The position numbers were made by a program, and so were the translations under genes. Of a stretch of DNA of 36,365 bases, positions 34,903 to 36,365 are shown piece by piece. Each line of letters begins with the position of its first letter. Within the stretch, counting starts at the first letter, position 1. Source of the stretch: a virus (taxonomy: Duplodnaviria; Caudoviricetes); the IMG/VR virus record IMGVR_UViG_3300017649_000012, positions 1 to 36,365 of that record; one strand, given 5' to 3'. The notes under the pieces are model-generated. The model made no database searches, had not been told where the DNA came from, and saw only the letters and a program-made list of their open reading frames with translations.

Positions 34903-35567
34903 TGGACCTCCAACAAGAGCACGCGAGCGTCGCGTGGGGCCATTGGCTCGGCCAGTTCCAGGCAAAGCCGCGACTGGAGGCGTTGGTCAAAGCGCTGCTC
35001 AAGCCAGCCCAGGGCCTGCAGGGCGCGCTACGGGACATGTACGAGCAGCGCTGGTTAGACACTGCGGTGGGTGCGCAGCTCGACGGGATCGGCGAGATTG
35101 TCGGGTTGCCTCGGGTTATTGACGAGGCGGTCTATGTGCAATTCTTCGGATTCCTGGGGCAGCCTAACATCGGTGGTTTCGGCCAGGCGCGGTTGCGGCG
35201 GGCGAACGAGCGGGCGGTTGGCGGCTCCACCACCCTGCTGGATCCCGAATACCGAAAGCTTTTGTACTGGAAAATCGCGCTCAACAACGGGCACGGGACA
35301 ACGCCGGAAATCTCGTCGTCGCTCAAACCCATTTTCGACGTGTCGCGCGTGGTCGTGCAGGACGCCGGCAACGCCAAGATCCGGATCTGGGTCAGCCGAA
35401 TTCCAGGCCCCAACGATCCGCTCATGATCAACCCCCACAAGTGGGTGCCCAAGGCCGCTGGCGTGGGCGTCCAGATCATTTCCGGTTCGACGGAAAAGCC
35501 CTTTGGCTTCCGCGGACAGGGTTTCTATGGCTTTGGCGTCGGCGTGCTGGCGCGAAGGATAAATTGA
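34899..35567 (+). CDS. Baseplate wedge protein (DUF2612-like)
   Basis: LDTAVGAQLD.IGEIVG..R, L.D..YRKLL..KI..N, P.AAGV. Confidence 0.85.
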   Translation: MMDLQQEHASVAWGHWLGQFQAKPRLEALVKALLKPAQGLQGALRDMYEQRWLDTAVGAQLDGIGEIVGLPRVIDEAVYVQFFGFLGQPNIGGFGQARLRRANERAVGGSTTLLDPEYRKLLYWKIALNNGHGTTPEISSSLKPIFDVSRVVVQDAGNAKIRIWVSRIPGPNDPLMINPHKWVPKAAGVGVQIISGSTEKPFGFRGQGFYGFGVGVLARRIN

Positions 35568-36365
35568 TGGCAGATCCGACCTTCTTCGACCTTTTTCAGG
35601 CACTGTGGGGCGAAAACGGCACCGCCGACGTTATCACGCTGCCGCAGTACAAGGCTGGCTGGGCCTATATCGGCTCGTTGCCGCCGACGGTGGAGCAGTT
35701 CAATAAGGTGCAGCAACTGGCGGACCAGAAGATGGCGTGGCTGTTCCAGCAGGTGAAGGCCGTGGCCGATGCCACTGGCCAGGAGATGAATGCCGGTACG
35801 CTGAACTTGCTGCTCCACGCATTCCAGAACCTGAATATGGACGACGCTAAGTCCGGGACGCTCGCAGTAGCGCGCGGCGGGACCGGGCTGGGCTCCATCG
35901 GCCAGAACCAAATCCTGGTCGGCTCTGCCGACGGCGGGTTTGTGCGGATGTCGCCCAACGAGGTGCGCGCGCTGCTGGGCGCGCCTCCGGTGGTTTCCAT
36001 CTCGGCGCTGCCGACGCAGGACATCGGGCCGGTGGTGGTCGCCGAATGCAGCGAGGTCTGGATCTGGACCAGCACGCAGTACTACACCGGATACCGCTCG
36101 CCCCTGTGCGGTCGCCCGCTCGATGGCCACACGGTGGTGCCGCTGCCCAGCGAGGTCGATGCTGCGGGCGGCGTGTTGCCGAAAACGGCATATGCCCGCC
36201 TGTGGGCCTATGCACAGGAAAACGGCCTGGTCGTGAGCCAGGCCAGCTGGAGTGCAAACCTCGGCGCGCATTATTTCGTGGACGTGGACGCCAACACGTT
36301 CCGGGTGCCGGACCTGCGCAACATGTTCCGTCGCTACACCGGGACTGACTATGACACTGCAAATG
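35567..36365 (+). CDS. Tail fibre protein (partial, runs off the window)
   Basis: Missing from the ORF track because it has no stop; MADPTFFDLF...KAGWAYIGSLPPTVEQFN, GTLAVARGGTG, collar-like YARLWAYA...TFRVPDLR.MF.R. Confidence 0.88.
   Translation, partial: MADPTFFDLFQALWGENGTADVITLPQYKAGWAYIGSLPPTVEQFNKVQQLADQKMAWLFQQVKAVADATGQEMNAGTLNLLLHAFQNLNMDDAKSGTLAVARGGTGLGSIGQNQILVGSADGGFVRMSPNEVRALLGAPPVVSISALPTQDIGPVVVAECSEVWIWTSTQYYTGYRSPLCGRPLDGHTVVPLPSEVDAAGGVLPKTAYARLWAYAQENGLVVSQASWSANLGAHYFVDVDANTFRVPDLRNMFRRYTGTDYDTAN

Larger units (their letters stand above)
1..36365. mobile_element. Temperate myophage/prophage segment (lambdoid regulatory layout, contractile tail); both ends lie outside the window
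   Basis: Continuous phage synteny: recombination, cI/cro, replication, RusA/Q-like, terminase, portal, capsid, sheath, tube, tape measure, baseplate, fibre. No host housekeeping genes seen. Confidence 0.97.

Noticed and set aside
1-36365. Integrase, att sites, tRNA, holin/endolysin
   Set aside because: None recognisable; they probably lie beyond the window edges, so their absence is not informative.

Overview
GC-rich (roughly two-thirds G+C by eye, betaproteobacterial-looking, plausibly Alcaligenaceae; the host is an inference) temperate phage/prophage segment with lambdoid organisation and a contractile (myovirus) tail. From left to right: (i) leftward early operon (C5 DNA methyltransferase, SbcC/Rad50-like ATPase, a protein with an Rmf-like C-terminus, RecT-like annealing protein, Fe-S PD-(D/E)XK nuclease, several membrane microproteins); (ii) immunity region with PL, PR, six related operators, a short cI and cro; (iii) CII-like gene, replication initiator with an internal iteron origin, RusA, and a Q-like gene with a late promoter/terminator pair; (iv) an antisense HigBA toxin-antitoxin module; (v) packaging, head, neck, sheath/tube, tape measure, baseplate and the start of a tail fibre. 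No integrase, att site or lysis cassette lies inside the window. The standout observation is a second, diverged copy of the phage's own SPP1-gp7/Mu-F head morphogenesis protein, encoded directly behind cI in the lysogeny transcript. It lacks the D-x-R-x-R motif and has gained a C-terminal amphipathic helix, making it a candidate membrane-tethered decoy for superinfection exclusion or head-assembly interference. A second highlight is a highly structured ~145-nt non-coding insert with pseudoknot potential in the head-tail joining cluster.
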